A DNA stretch of 62,001 nucleotides, the filler included, from Sphacelaria rigidula (Eukaryota): the NCBI GenBank assembly GCA_964200075.2. It is 7 parts of 7 records of this genome, joined end to end, with 100 filler letters (N's around TTAATTAATTAA, not from the genome) between each part and the next. Parts side by side here need not be neighbours in the genome. Positions count along the whole stretch, not along the records: positions 8,874 to 17,645 come from CAXNAA020010141.1; positions 17,746 to 26,517 come from CAXNAA020010142.1; 5 more parts are not named here. One strand, written 5' to 3'. Within the stretch, counting starts at the first letter, position 1; each line of letters starts with the position of its first letter. The position numbers were made by a program, and so were the translations under genes. Of this stretch, positions 11,921 through 23,100 are shown in pieces. Under the pieces are notes generated by a model that saw only the letters and a program-made list of their open reading frames with translations, was not told where the DNA came from and did not search any database.

Positions 11921-13715
11921 CTGCCAAGAGGGAGGAGACGGGGACGAAAAAAACATGCAATAATAACCTTGAAAAAAAAGGGAAGAAATGACGATCGATC
12001 ACAGCGGGAAAAAAATCCTTCTTCTGCGATCCCGATACAAGCACAAAATGGTCAAAAGAAAGCAGTTGTAGGTACCACCACATAGAAGAGGCAGATTCCA
12101 ACATGTTTTCCGTGCAGGCATCTCTTCTTCACATCGGCGACACCAGGAGATAAGTCGTACGCTTCATAAACAGAAAGTCCGAGGTTTGACTCCCGGATCC
12201 CAAAAACGCTGCGATAAAAGACAAAAGTCTCGCCCAAGAAGTCGAGAGGGGCATCAAAACGTCGTGAAAATGGTGGATGACGAGAGGCACTTGGTGGGAG
12301 GGAGACCTTAGAAGCAGAGCTCACAGAGTCACGGGAGAGTCTTCTGTGGCGATCATTTGCTTGGCAACCCAACACACGTACAAGATATCCAAAGGAAGGT
12401 ATACATCCTCACCACAAGCCGGCGAAAATGGTTACCCTGCGAACCCCTTCCCGTTAAACGAAAACGTACGAAAAAGCTCATGAAGGGGGGAGGTAATGTG
12501 GGTAACAACCACCACATTGAAGGGGAAAATTCCCGCAAGTGCCCGTCGAGGAACCACCTTTTCATCTAGTGGTATACTTATATATCGTTTATTTCGATTA
12601 TATTTACCTTGAATATATCTATCTCGTCCCCACAGGTGGATCACTCGAGGATCAGTTAATACGCGACGATCACTCAGAAATGATAAATAGACAAAATCGG
12701 GTGTATATATATATATATATATATAGGATTTCAGGAACAAAAGAGGGTAGCGTATTTTTCGCTTCGGGGCGCAGTGCTGCATGCGGGCTGAGCACGTGTA
12801 GAGTACCTTCTAGCGTCTCAGTCCACGCCCAACGTGCTTAGGAAACACGTCCAAGCTTTTTTCGGAATATGGCAACAGGCTTGACTAGGACCGGGCAAAG
12901 GCGGGCTTGTAATGAGCTTGGCCGCCCAAGAAGCTCACTTTCCTTCAGTCTGTTCTAACTGACGATATATCGCGAGTTGTGCCTACTACGAAACATCGTG
13001 GTAATCGGCAAATCAGCGCGCGTCTTCAAATCCATGTAGCACTGCAATCCGACTAGAGTCTCATCAAACGAAATACCAAACCGTAGTAAAGTGCGAAAGT
13101 GTAGAGAATTTAATACTACCATGTGCGGCGGAATTAGCAAAACAAAAAGGGTTCAAAGTGGATTTCGGCTATAGTCGGTTGTGCCGCGTGGTACCGCACA
13201 AGCTGCGATCGTACACAAACACATATCGCACTAGGCGCGCAGTATCCAAGATGGCACGCAGACGAGGCCCACAGCGCGCAAAGGCGTCTGGTGGTAGTGT
13301 GCGGACCAACGAGCAGTTTGTGAAGACCTCCAAGCCGAAAGTAAAAGAAGAAAAATCCAAGGCGAAATTTCGCCTGAGGTTCCATCTCCACGTAGAAACC
13401 GAATTTCGAGAGAATAACGCAATTCCCGAGCTCAATTTTTAGTTGTTTTCAATGAAATTTTGATGTGTACAGGACGTATGTGCAAACACCTCTTCGTTCC
13501 TCCAGTCTTTTGTTTTGTTTTCTTCGTGAGTTATTGGCGACGAAACATTCCAGAACGGTTTTTTCGGAACAAAATTGCCAATTAGTCACGAAGAAGAGAA
13601 AAAAACGTAGAGGGAAAGGTTGGGTATTCACACATACATCCTGCACATCGTGTCATAATTTCATCGAAAACGATACAAAATTGAGCGCACGAATCGCGTT
13701 TCAACATTCCTGGTC

Positions 13716-13963
13716 TGTGACGCCAGCCAGAAGAAGGACTGATGGATCACTGCTGTTGAGGGACTCCCCAGTCTCACTGGCCTTAGTTTCAGTTGTCAGC
13801 CTGCACAAAATCTTCCATCATCAGGAGTGCCGTTCCAAGGCACCCTCCTAGACACGCCAGGGCATCAACCTAGTGTCCCTGGTCATTATTCAGATCGTCA
13901 TTACCAACGGTCATTATCCAGATCATCCATACCAACTCAACGTAACGACGTAATTTCGTCACA
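13716..13963 (-). mobile_element. 3' LTR of Ty3/Gypsy retrotransposon (248 bp)
   Basis: Perfect 7-bp terminal inverted repeat TGTGACG...CGTCACA. On the minus strand it follows a PPT-like TTTGGGGGTGC just downstream of the chromodomain. Confidence 0.75.
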
Positions 13964-14039
13964 GCACCCCCAAAGCGCGTTGGACGAAAATCGATCAACA
14001 AGCTTGACACATAGAAAACGCCAAAACGATGAGCAAGTC

Positions 14040-15500
14040 ACAACTGAATACCAAACTCACTCATAATGCGAGCAGCAATAGCACCAGTCACGCGCAATTT
14101 ACGCAACTCCTTCGTAAGAATTTCCGGAGCGGCCTCAAAAATATCTTTGAAGGCTCCCACGTACGCTCCTCAATTTCGAAGCCAACCCAGTCGACCAACA
14201 CGATCAACGAACGATCGTCTGCTTTTGCCACTCGGACAATACCAGCCATCTGGAATTGTCCCTGACTAAAAGCATACTGGAACACGTCCTTAACGCCAGG
14301 CGTAACATTAAGCTGCGAGTCTGCATGAAACGCAAACGAACTATGGGCGGTCTGAACACGAGCTGAAACAATGTTCTGAATTTCAAACACGTGCGGGTGG
14401 TGAGCCCCATCCACTCTCCATGGACCAGTCCATGTGCACGACCAAACATCACGTGGTACGGCGTACTATGGTAACCACGACGATACGCTGTATTTAGCGC
14501 CCATTGCACCGCCGGCAACACGTCCACCCACTCGGAAACCGCTTTACGCTGCTCGAGAAGAATAGAGTGAAGGGCACGAACTAATTCCTTGACCATGCGT
14601 TCGCACGTGCTGTTAGACCACGGAGAAGACATCACCGCAAACTGGTTATCAATGTGCAAAGCCTCTCGCAATCGGGCCAAGATCGCATTCTTGAAATGCG
14701 TGGCGGTATCACTCACCCACACACGCGGCACCCCCAAAGTTTCGCATAAATTTAGCAAAGATGCAGCAGTCGATTCAGCAGTACACACTGCTACCGGTTC
14801 CAGAGCCACAAAGTTGATCGAATCATCCATGATTACCAAATTGTATCGAAACCCAGCATCCTCCGACAAGCGTTGGGAAGCTAGCGGGCCACTCTCGCCC
14901 ACGTGCAAGAAGTCAACATGAACGATTTTATTCGGCATGGTCTCATGAACCGTTTCACCGACCGGGCGGGGAACAACATCGCCCGCCCTCGAGTCAGCAC
15001 AGTGAAGACACTGACGGACAAATTCGCACACATGAGTTTATATCCCCTGTCAGATATTGCAAGCGCACGAGCGTCGCAGCCACACCACGATGCCAGGCGT
15101 CGCGCATGTGCGCGCAAATCATTAGACGTACCTGCAACTGCTGGTAATAACTCGGAATGCACGAAACGTTTCGGCCACGCACATGAACACGAAACAGACC
15201 CTCATTGTCCAAGATAGCAGTACCTACGTCCGACTCGAAAGATTGCACATCCGCATCTTCGGCCCCAAGGTCTTTTCGTTGCGCTTGGCGGAGAACAGAT
15301 TTGGACGGCATCGAGTCATCAGGTTCACACGGGCCGTACACAGCCACAGCACGCACAGGTGAAGCCGGAATATTCACCCAACGCGAGAGCAAGTCACCCC
15401 ACGCGTTACGGTTACCCGAAATATGGCAATTCGAGTAACGATACTGGCCAAGAACAGAATACGTCCCTCGAAGTATATTTGATTCATACCGTAGCAATCA
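14040..15500 (-). mobile_element. Decayed Ty3/Gypsy (chromovirus-type) pol: RNase H end, integrase, chromodomain
   Basis: HISGNRNAWGDLLSRW (RNase H end); ICAHMRDAWHRG and RQCLHC (HHCC zinc finger); VHVDF, VSDTATHF and SNSTCERM (D,D,E core); VLVDWVGFEIEERTWEP (chromodomain). Frameshifted. Confidence 0.92.
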
Positions 15501-16374
15501 ATCATTTGGCTCTCTTTTCTGCGTTGCTCCCCAGGTATCATACGCACCCGCACTCCAGGCACGTGCAACAGCGCAAACATTTGCGTAGACGTTTTCGTCA
15601 CCGCGGTTAATTATTTTCTCCTTTCGAGCTATCAGGCTTCAGGAACCGTAGATTTGGTTATTGACACCAGTGACGACTGGTCCAGCCATTGCAAAGGTTC
15701 CAAATATTTTACTACAATTATATTGTAGCAACACATATTTGGCGGTACCTCTTGGGGGCGCTTTTTGCAACGCACAAAATCCCAACGCAAAAAAAAAAGA
15801 GCTGGCATTTGGATTCAAATATATTTACAGTATTCGAGCCGAAAATCGTGAAGACTAGCAGGGTTCACGGAACTTGCCAACAATCCATGGTTGGCACATA
15901 GATCATTTGTCAAGTCCTTGTCTGTCCCCACACAGAGCCAAGTCGCAACCTGCTTCCACGACCTTTCTATTTGTTCTTGTTTTTTTCTTGCACGGCCTCC
16001 TTACCGGAAGCTATGCGGCACTGGCGTGCCGTTTTTTGTTCATTTTGTTCCCTCGGGCCAGTACCAGATCTCACTGAGTCTGTTTGTTTCTGTCTTCTTC
16101 CATTCCATTTCTTTTTTGTGTTATTATTTTGCTATTTTTCCCCTCGTTTCCAGCTAGTTCACTGTGGTTGTTCCCCCCCCCCCTGCCCCCCGGCCACGTC
16201 TTTGCCCCCATGCCGGATATTGAATGTTTTCTTTGAGTGAGCAGTTTCCCGTTCATTGACGTACCCTTGGGAGCGTGTATCTATGTTGTGACTAATCCTG
16301 GATTCCTAGCGAGCCATTCAACGTGCCATAATCAAACAACTAATAAATCAATCAACCAGTTACCCGATCGACAC

Positions 16375-16560
16375 TAGCTATAACCCCAACCCCACCCAAG
16401 CCCCAAAGGCATACCGAGAACCCTGAAGCAAAAAGAGGGTAGGGGAGCGGACGAGCGTCCCCTACAATTGGTCGAGCGTGCGTTGACAGACGCCCAAATC
16501 GGCGCGGTTACACGCGCGTGCTGCGCACACGCTGAGAGCACTCGGGACTGTGAGCCGCAC
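16375..16560 (+). repeat. Dispersed repeat with degenerate telomere-like (CCCTAA) stretch
   Basis: TAACCCCAACCCCACCCAAGCCCCAAAGGCATACCGAGA...CCCAAATCGGCG. Homologous to 35565-35800 and 54928-55120. Confidence 0.6.
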
Positions 16561-16571
16561 TGACTGACACA

Positions 16572-16721
16572 TTGATTGATTGATTGATTTTGAACTGACC
16601 CCCGGGGATCCAGCCGTGGTCACTATGATAGACGTACGGAAGAAAAAAAAAACTGAAACAGTCGATGAAGAAAAAGAAGCAACAGAAAAAGTCGAACAGA
16701 ACGACATAGTAGACTATGACG

Positions 16722-16751
<30 letters not shown>
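16572..16751 (-). mobile_element. Retroposon (LINE/SINE) 3' end with (TCAA)n tail
   Basis: CCACGGCTGGATCCCCGGGGGTCAGTTCAAAATCAATCAATC on the minus strand. Related ends at 18450-18503, 48975-49035, 57742-57800 and 58360-58421. Confidence 0.6.
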
Positions 16752-16752
<1 letters not shown>

Positions 16753-17423
16753 TAGAGATCCGAATATCGGTGTGTTCACTAAAACCAGGTGTGTTTTTAC
16801 CGTGGATTTTCGGCGATTCACTCGCGTGAAAGTCTCCACTGGACGATTGACCTGGGAACGACGTTTGATACTATGCTGCGCATTGTCTTTGTATACGGTT
16901 CGGCATCACGTCTTTGGGGCGCATGATGGTTTTAATACCACCACATCATGGTGAGCACTTTATTCTGAGAGAGACAAACCTGTACCTTATTCTGGCCACC
17001 GGACTGCACCCTTTTTCTTCAGTGATGAAAATGTACCTCTTTTTGAACAATCGAAGCTGTACCATGTTCGGGCGACCAAATTGTACCCTTCTAGGGACGA
17101 TAACACCTGGCCAAAAAACGCGGCGCCTTTTTCTTGTCAAAGACTCCGCACCTTACTTTTGCTCTGACGACAAGGCTATACCTTTGCTTGACGACAAAAA
17201 CTGCGCCTGGCTGCGGCCAAAAAACACTGCTCCACACTCTTCGAAACATGATGTGTACCCTACTCTTACTCTGCCGAAAACAACAGAAAACGTTTTCTGG
17301 GTGCGGAAAAATTAACAAAGATATGCATATATAAACCATACATGATTATTTTGGCGGGAAAAAAAAAAATGCATTTCTTCCAAGGCAAGTTCCTCATTGA
17401 GTGCAGTTTATTGCATTACTCAC

Positions 17424-17492
17424 CGATGTAAGCTGTAGATGGCCATCTTGCTCCATTTTTGAACGTCCCGGGTCCGCTTGATGACCATCTCT
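17424..17492 (-). CDS. Translin/TRAX-family protein, internal exon A
   Basis: ttttacag|A GAG ATG...CAT CG|gtgagt, 69 bp, phase 2/2. Encodes (R)EMVIKRTRDVQKWSKMAIYSLH(R), matching the Translin-family RE..IK.SRD....SK.AI..LHR helix. Confidence 0.85.
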
Positions 17493-17645
17493 CTGTAAAA
17501 TCACGACAAGCAAAACAATTTGTGAAGTGTAAAAAAAAAATACAAAACAGTAGAAACAAGGTTTTTACGACGTTTCGACACGCACGCACGATCTACTATT
17601 GTACTACTGAGTCTCCGAAGGAAGTCAGTTTTCAACCGGGGGGGG

Positions 17646-17745
17646 NNNNNNNNNNNNNNNNNNNNNNNNNNNNNNNNNNNNNNNNNNNNTTAATTAATTA
17701 ANNNNNNNNNNNNNNNNNNNNNNNNNNNNNNNNNNNNNNNNNNNN
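17646..17745. other. Artificial contig-join spacer
   Basis: N44-TTAATTAATTAA-N44. Confidence 0.98.
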
Positions 17746-19669
17746 CGGGTCTTTCGTGCAAGAGAGATATGCCACTTCAGCCCCATATTTTGTTTGAACC
17801 CCAAAATATAAAATCGGCTGCTATTCAACCATCACGCACGCCAAAGCCGATCCAATGACGAACCGAAACTCACGAGGTGGGAATATTTCAAACCGATATC
17901 TTCCACGTCGTAGGTCACACGTATGTCGTCCTGAAAAGAGGGACTTACATAGCATCGTGGCGAGAGAATTTATCAGCAACAGCGGCCTTTCGCGCGGGGC
18001 ACATATAAGAATTATGGTGTACCCCGCCAACTTTCGGGTCGCAAATGATATGCACTAAGTTCAAGTTACAACTTTCTCATCGCGGTTTCTCCGTGCTTAT
18101 ATACATGCGTACGTTGCCATTAATACACCAGGGCGTTGCGACAGCTGTTACGTTGGACTTGTGTCGGAAATCTCAACTGTTGAGGGAAACGATCGCTCTC
18201 CAGTAGTGTGCTCCCCATATAGCTGGGTCGCGACCTGTTCCCACGGCCTGGATCGTTTTGTTTTGTTTATTTCGATTCGATTTTATTCTTGTACGATCTC
18301 TTCAGCTTAAGTCATGCGACGGAGGCCTGGCTTTGATTCTCTCGTTCTCGCTCTGCTGTGCTCTCTCCTTTCTCGTTACTATTTCTCCTTTCTGCTCCTT
18401 TTTTTTCAGCGAGCGTTTCAGTGTTGTTCTGTCTCGGGTACGTCTATCATGCGACAAGGGCTGGATCTCCGGAGGGTCGACTAATATGCGACAATCAATC
18501 AAACATTTCTCGACTTTTCTCTGCGAGAGTTCTGTCTATTTTCCCGCGGATCAGTGTACCTTGATGTGCGACAATGAAGCAATCGATTCATCGAATTTAC
18601 TACCACGGTTAATTGCCCCCGGTGTAAACACATGGACGGGAACATGAAAAGGCCGTTGGTCAGCAAAGAGAAGGCCACGTGCACACATGGCCGGAAGCCA
18701 AGGCGTCTCCATTGGAAGGTTGAGCCCCCCCCCCGCGAGGCAACTTGATCATTGTCCGACCGAGAACTCGAAGTGTCAGAAGAGCGGCCTTTGCACGTGA
18801 GGTATCCACTCTGGCACAAGGTACGCGTCATATTTAGGCACAACACCGCAAGATTTTTGTACCGGCGGCAATTTGCCCGGACAAGCCCGCGGAGCAGCGC
18901 GCAACATAGAATATGATGGCCCGGGCAGCGCAAGGTCGTCCCCCATCTCCAGGTTATGTTGGTTCAGATGTTCGAGGAGAACCGCCACCGTCACCAGCAG
19001 CAGCAGCAGCTATTCCGACAGGCCGGTCACTCTTGTGAGCAATGCTACGGTAGGGGTGTACGTTTCGCGTAAAATATGATCTACTTCAGGGGCTCCCAAC
19101 GATTCTAGATACACAAGAATATGGGTCAGGGCACCCCCCTTTGCAAATTCATTCGGGGCATCCCTAGCACATTAGAATACTAATCCTGGCGTACTGTCAC
19201 ATATTTCACAGGTGGTGGTTTGGATGAGATAAAGGGCTCCTCACAATTCTAACCTCGGAAAATATGTGTGCACCCCTTCCATGACATTCCTCTTGTGGTG
19301 CGCAGGAAAACGCGACTAAAGTTAGCGACAACTGCCTCATTACGGCTGCCGCTTGGTCCGAACGGTGGCAGCGTATCCGTGGGCGGTGGCGACAATGGAG
19401 GGAACAGCGGGCCCGCGTTTTCGTTTAGTGGAGACATATCGTGGATCCCGGCGTAGTCAGGCTGGTTCCGAGAACATTCAAGAGCTTCTCTTCGATGTCG
19501 AAGGTCAAGTACTTGAGGTTTCATGGAAAAGGACGAGGTAGCTTCCGCTTGGTTGCCGCTGTAATCAATGCCTCAATGCCTCATATCGATCTTGCCAAAG
19601 GCGATAGTCGTGGAATGCTATGGTAAGCATGACGGCGTGGCCGAAATATGTGGAGTGATCATACAACAG

Positions 19670-21790
19670 AGGGCGGGGTGGGGAGGGGGGACGTACTCAT
19701 TTGTTGCTTATTGCCTTAGTCATTGGTCATTTGACCATTGACCACGAATCCCTTTCGAAATGGAGCACCGTTCCAGATGGAGACACTTCCAGCATTTGTG
19801 CGCTCACTACGTTTCTTCCATACGTAACACATTTTTTTTTACATCTCTTATCTCATTCCTGCTCTGCCGTCTGTGGCCACCATCTATTTCCTAGTATGGC
19901 GATCGTTTTCTCGCTACTGCCTAATGTACAAAGCAATTCCATGCAACCTTCGTTTACTCCCACGTTTCCCCCTATAGCACGTTCCGTTCCTCCTTGTTCA
20001 CTTCACATTCTACCACTAGCTGAGTTCTGTTCTCTATTGCTTTGCCATCGAGGACATTCTGTGCTCCACTCCCTCCCCCAACCGACTACTGATATGCCTC
20101 CTTCTTCCTGGTTGGTTCAGGTCCCCAAGTTGAAATCGAACTTTTAACTTTTTCGCGTAGTCCACTGGGCTGTGAAAATATGTTTTCATCCTCATCTCTC
20201 CTCTTAACCCCCGGTATATCGGGTGCTCTTCCTCGTCCACTTTCCGTCTTATCGCGTGTTTCCCCCTTATATCTGTGATGTCTATTACTTTGTATTGTAC
20301 CCCCCCCCCCGTCGCCTGTGGACATTACCTCATCTTGGTTTCCTCCTGTCCTTCCATACTTTCTCCATCACGCTATCCCACCTTATTCCAACCTGCCCTT
20401 TCGTCACTTTCTTCCATGCAGCCCTATCAACTATGGTTGGTAATCTCGTCCCTGGCATGTTCCTTGCGTTTCACTACCATTCCAATTTTCTCATGTACCT
20501 AATTGTTTTCAGTGGGTACATTTCCAATTCTGCTCTCCATACTGTATTCCTGAGCATCCAAGTATTTTCTCCGCTGCTGTTATTTACACTGTTTCCAGCT
20601 TCTTCAACTTTGCGTTTTATCTTCCCATACCTATCCTGCATATTCTGGCTTCGGTAAAATCAAATGAATCAGAATGCGTATCTTACTCCTAGTATCAAGG
20701 TGCGAGTTTCTCAGGATCACGTCCATCTTGACTACCTATACCTTACCTTTCCCGTTACGTACTATATGTCTTCATCCGAGGGACAGCTATTTTTTATATA
20801 CCTACGCCAAGATATGTACATTGCTCTACGATCGCCAATTCCTCCTCTCCCCACTTCCGTTTGAACTCCACCGGCTTGTCCTTATCTTCATGACATACAA
20901 GTACCGCGCATTTGTTTACGTTCGCTGTCACTCGCTATTTTCCAATGTATTCTAGCGCCTTCTCTATTTGCTTCTGCAATCCTTCTGGTGTTTCTGATAT
21001 CCCCACGAAATCATCGGCGGCCATCGACCCTGATGACGTAACTTCCCCCACCTTGACCCCGTGCGTTGATGCTTCTATTACTACAACTATGTCGTTAATA
21101 AATACCTTAAATGGGGTGGTTGATGACATACATCCGTGTGCAACTCCTTCTAAATCAGCATATTTCGATATTCCCCCGCCTAGCATCATAGCACTTCACG
21201 CACATTCCGTCATTTTGTTTTTACCATTCTCCACATCTTTTCTCTGATCTCAGTTTCCCACACCTTACTTCACACCCCATTTCTCCATACTATGTCATAG
21301 GCCTTCTGCACGTCTATGTTGTTAACCCGGCGTCTTTCCTACCTTGGATAGTCTTGCGTGTTGTATACATACGACCTACGCAGCTTTGATTTGATCTGAA
21401 CCCTGCTAGCCCCTCGTTGACTTTTTCTTCCTTCTCCGGCATCGCTCCCACTCTATCGCCCAGAATCTTTCAGAATGCTCCCCCGAAGGTGCTCAGTGGG
21501 ATTATTCCTCTATCGCTCCCTGTGTCAGCCTTGCCCCCTTTCTTAAACAGGTTTGCTGCTACTCCTTCTGTCCACCTCTTCGGCGTGTACTCGTTTCTCC
21601 AGATCCAATCCTACAACATGATCATCACGGTTATCATCCCCTTTCCCCCGCACTTGATAAATTCGTTCACTATCCCGCCTGCCCCTTTTGCCTTCCTGTT
21701 CTTGAGTTGTGCTTCACTCTTCTTTACTTCCTCTCTTGTGAACTGTCTCTGTCTCCGTCTCTGTCTCTCTCTGCAATTCTTTTGAGCCAC
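19670..21790 (-). mobile_element. Decayed LINE retrotransposon (reverse transcriptase domain through 3' UTR)
   Basis: LKNRKAKGAGGIVNEFIK, LFKKGGK, GFR, DVQKAYD, GVAHGC, FKVFIND and MAADDFVGISETPEGLQKQIE match RT motifs, with AADD in place of Y/FADD. Many stops and frameshifts. The 3' end GCAACAAATGAGTACG-C-rich recurs at 45300-45370 and 52535-52610. Confidence 0.9.
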
Positions 21791-22029
21791 CATCTTCCCG
21801 GTTTGATGCCTCTATATTTGCGGGGTGGGGCGGCGAGGTGTGTTTGGTAGCGCAAAACAAAAGAGGTAGCCCACGTGGTACACCACACCACACACTCGTT
21901 GTTAGCTAGTATGCGTCTGAAACCGTTCCCGGGAGGTGTGAACTCGTGGAATAAGTTGATATCAAGAGCATTCAAATGGAAACATATTTTCTCCTTGCAG
22001 CGATACTTTGAAGCGATTCCTTTGTTCAA

Positions 22030-23100
22030 GATATGACTCAAAATGCCCCCCACTCACCCGCCGTTGGATCGCTCTGGGGCCTTAAACCGATAACGCTCAT
22101 GTCAAGGTGCATGCGCTGAGCGTACCGTTTGGCTACCAAATCAAAATGGAACAACAAACGTCTATCGATTGTACGATACGCGCATAAACGAGAACTTGTA
22201 CGCAGGCAAGCATCAAGCAACTACGTACCAGGTGCGCGGAAATATCTCCAAAATCGGACGTGGGCAATACCTGCGTGCTGGCTATCTGGCAGTCCTGTTC
22301 CTTCTGCAGTTTCACTCGGGAGGTACAACAAATAGTGCCAACTGTGTGCGTTGAGCGCTGAAAAACACATTTGAGTGTTACAGTGCAAACTCCAGGAGAG
22401 GAGGGGCGGTATGGGTTAAGCTCAACCTTACATAACGATATCTAGGGTCCTTGGAGGTACTTGTCATGATGTTCCGGAGGAAGCAACTATTCATTAACCA
22501 CTCTGTAGAGATGACAAAGTGGTCTACAGTAGTGAACAAAATCGTTCTAAAGGGGAAACTAATCACCTGGCTGTCGATAGAGTAGAATAGTTGGGGTACT
22601 GCTTACTACCGGCTCGTCCCTTCTGATACCTCCACAACCCACAGGTCCTGAGGATGAGCAAAGTCCATGATGACCTATGATCTTACTATTTGATTCAGGG
22701 AACTTACGGCATGCGCTGACTCTGGTGCCAACGACGGGAAAGATGTGCCTAGCGTAAGAACAACTGAAAATCAGCTTCACCTGTGGTGTGTGGGAGACTT
22801 GGTCAATACCGTGCTTTTCGTGATCGCTGTGTAAACACTCTGGGGGAAAAGATTGGTACGACAAATCTTAGTAAGGTAGTAGGGTTTTTTTGTCCGCGGG
22901 GAAGCCGATTTAGTGAGGATCAGGGAGGGGATACCAATATTCTTCAATACTCGTGCTTCCTCCATCTTTCGCAAACATGTGCTCCTGTTTCATGCGCGCG
23001 TCTCAAATATACATCAACGGCAGTGACAGAGCCAATGACGTTCAACGGGGAACATGGAACGGGCATGTTTTTGAGCACGTCGAGGTCGACGAGCATGGGC
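22030..23100 (-). pseudogene. Probable relic of a Ulp1-like (peptidase C48) cysteine protease
   Basis: Motifs occur in the expected order but across frameshifts: PLNVIGSVTAVDVYLRR; RHIFPVV; GH/WTLLILR (~22650-22675); FYSIDSQ (~22567-22590); APERSNG/EWGAF (~22040-22080). Confidence 0.4.

Noticed and set aside
11004..11963. Long plus-strand ORFs (213 aa, 160 aa)
   Set aside because: Products of microsatellite or low-complexity intron DNA, antisense to the Translin exon.
20223..21785. Hydrophobic plus-strand ORFs resembling membrane proteins
   Set aside because: Antisense of the purine-rich LINE RT.
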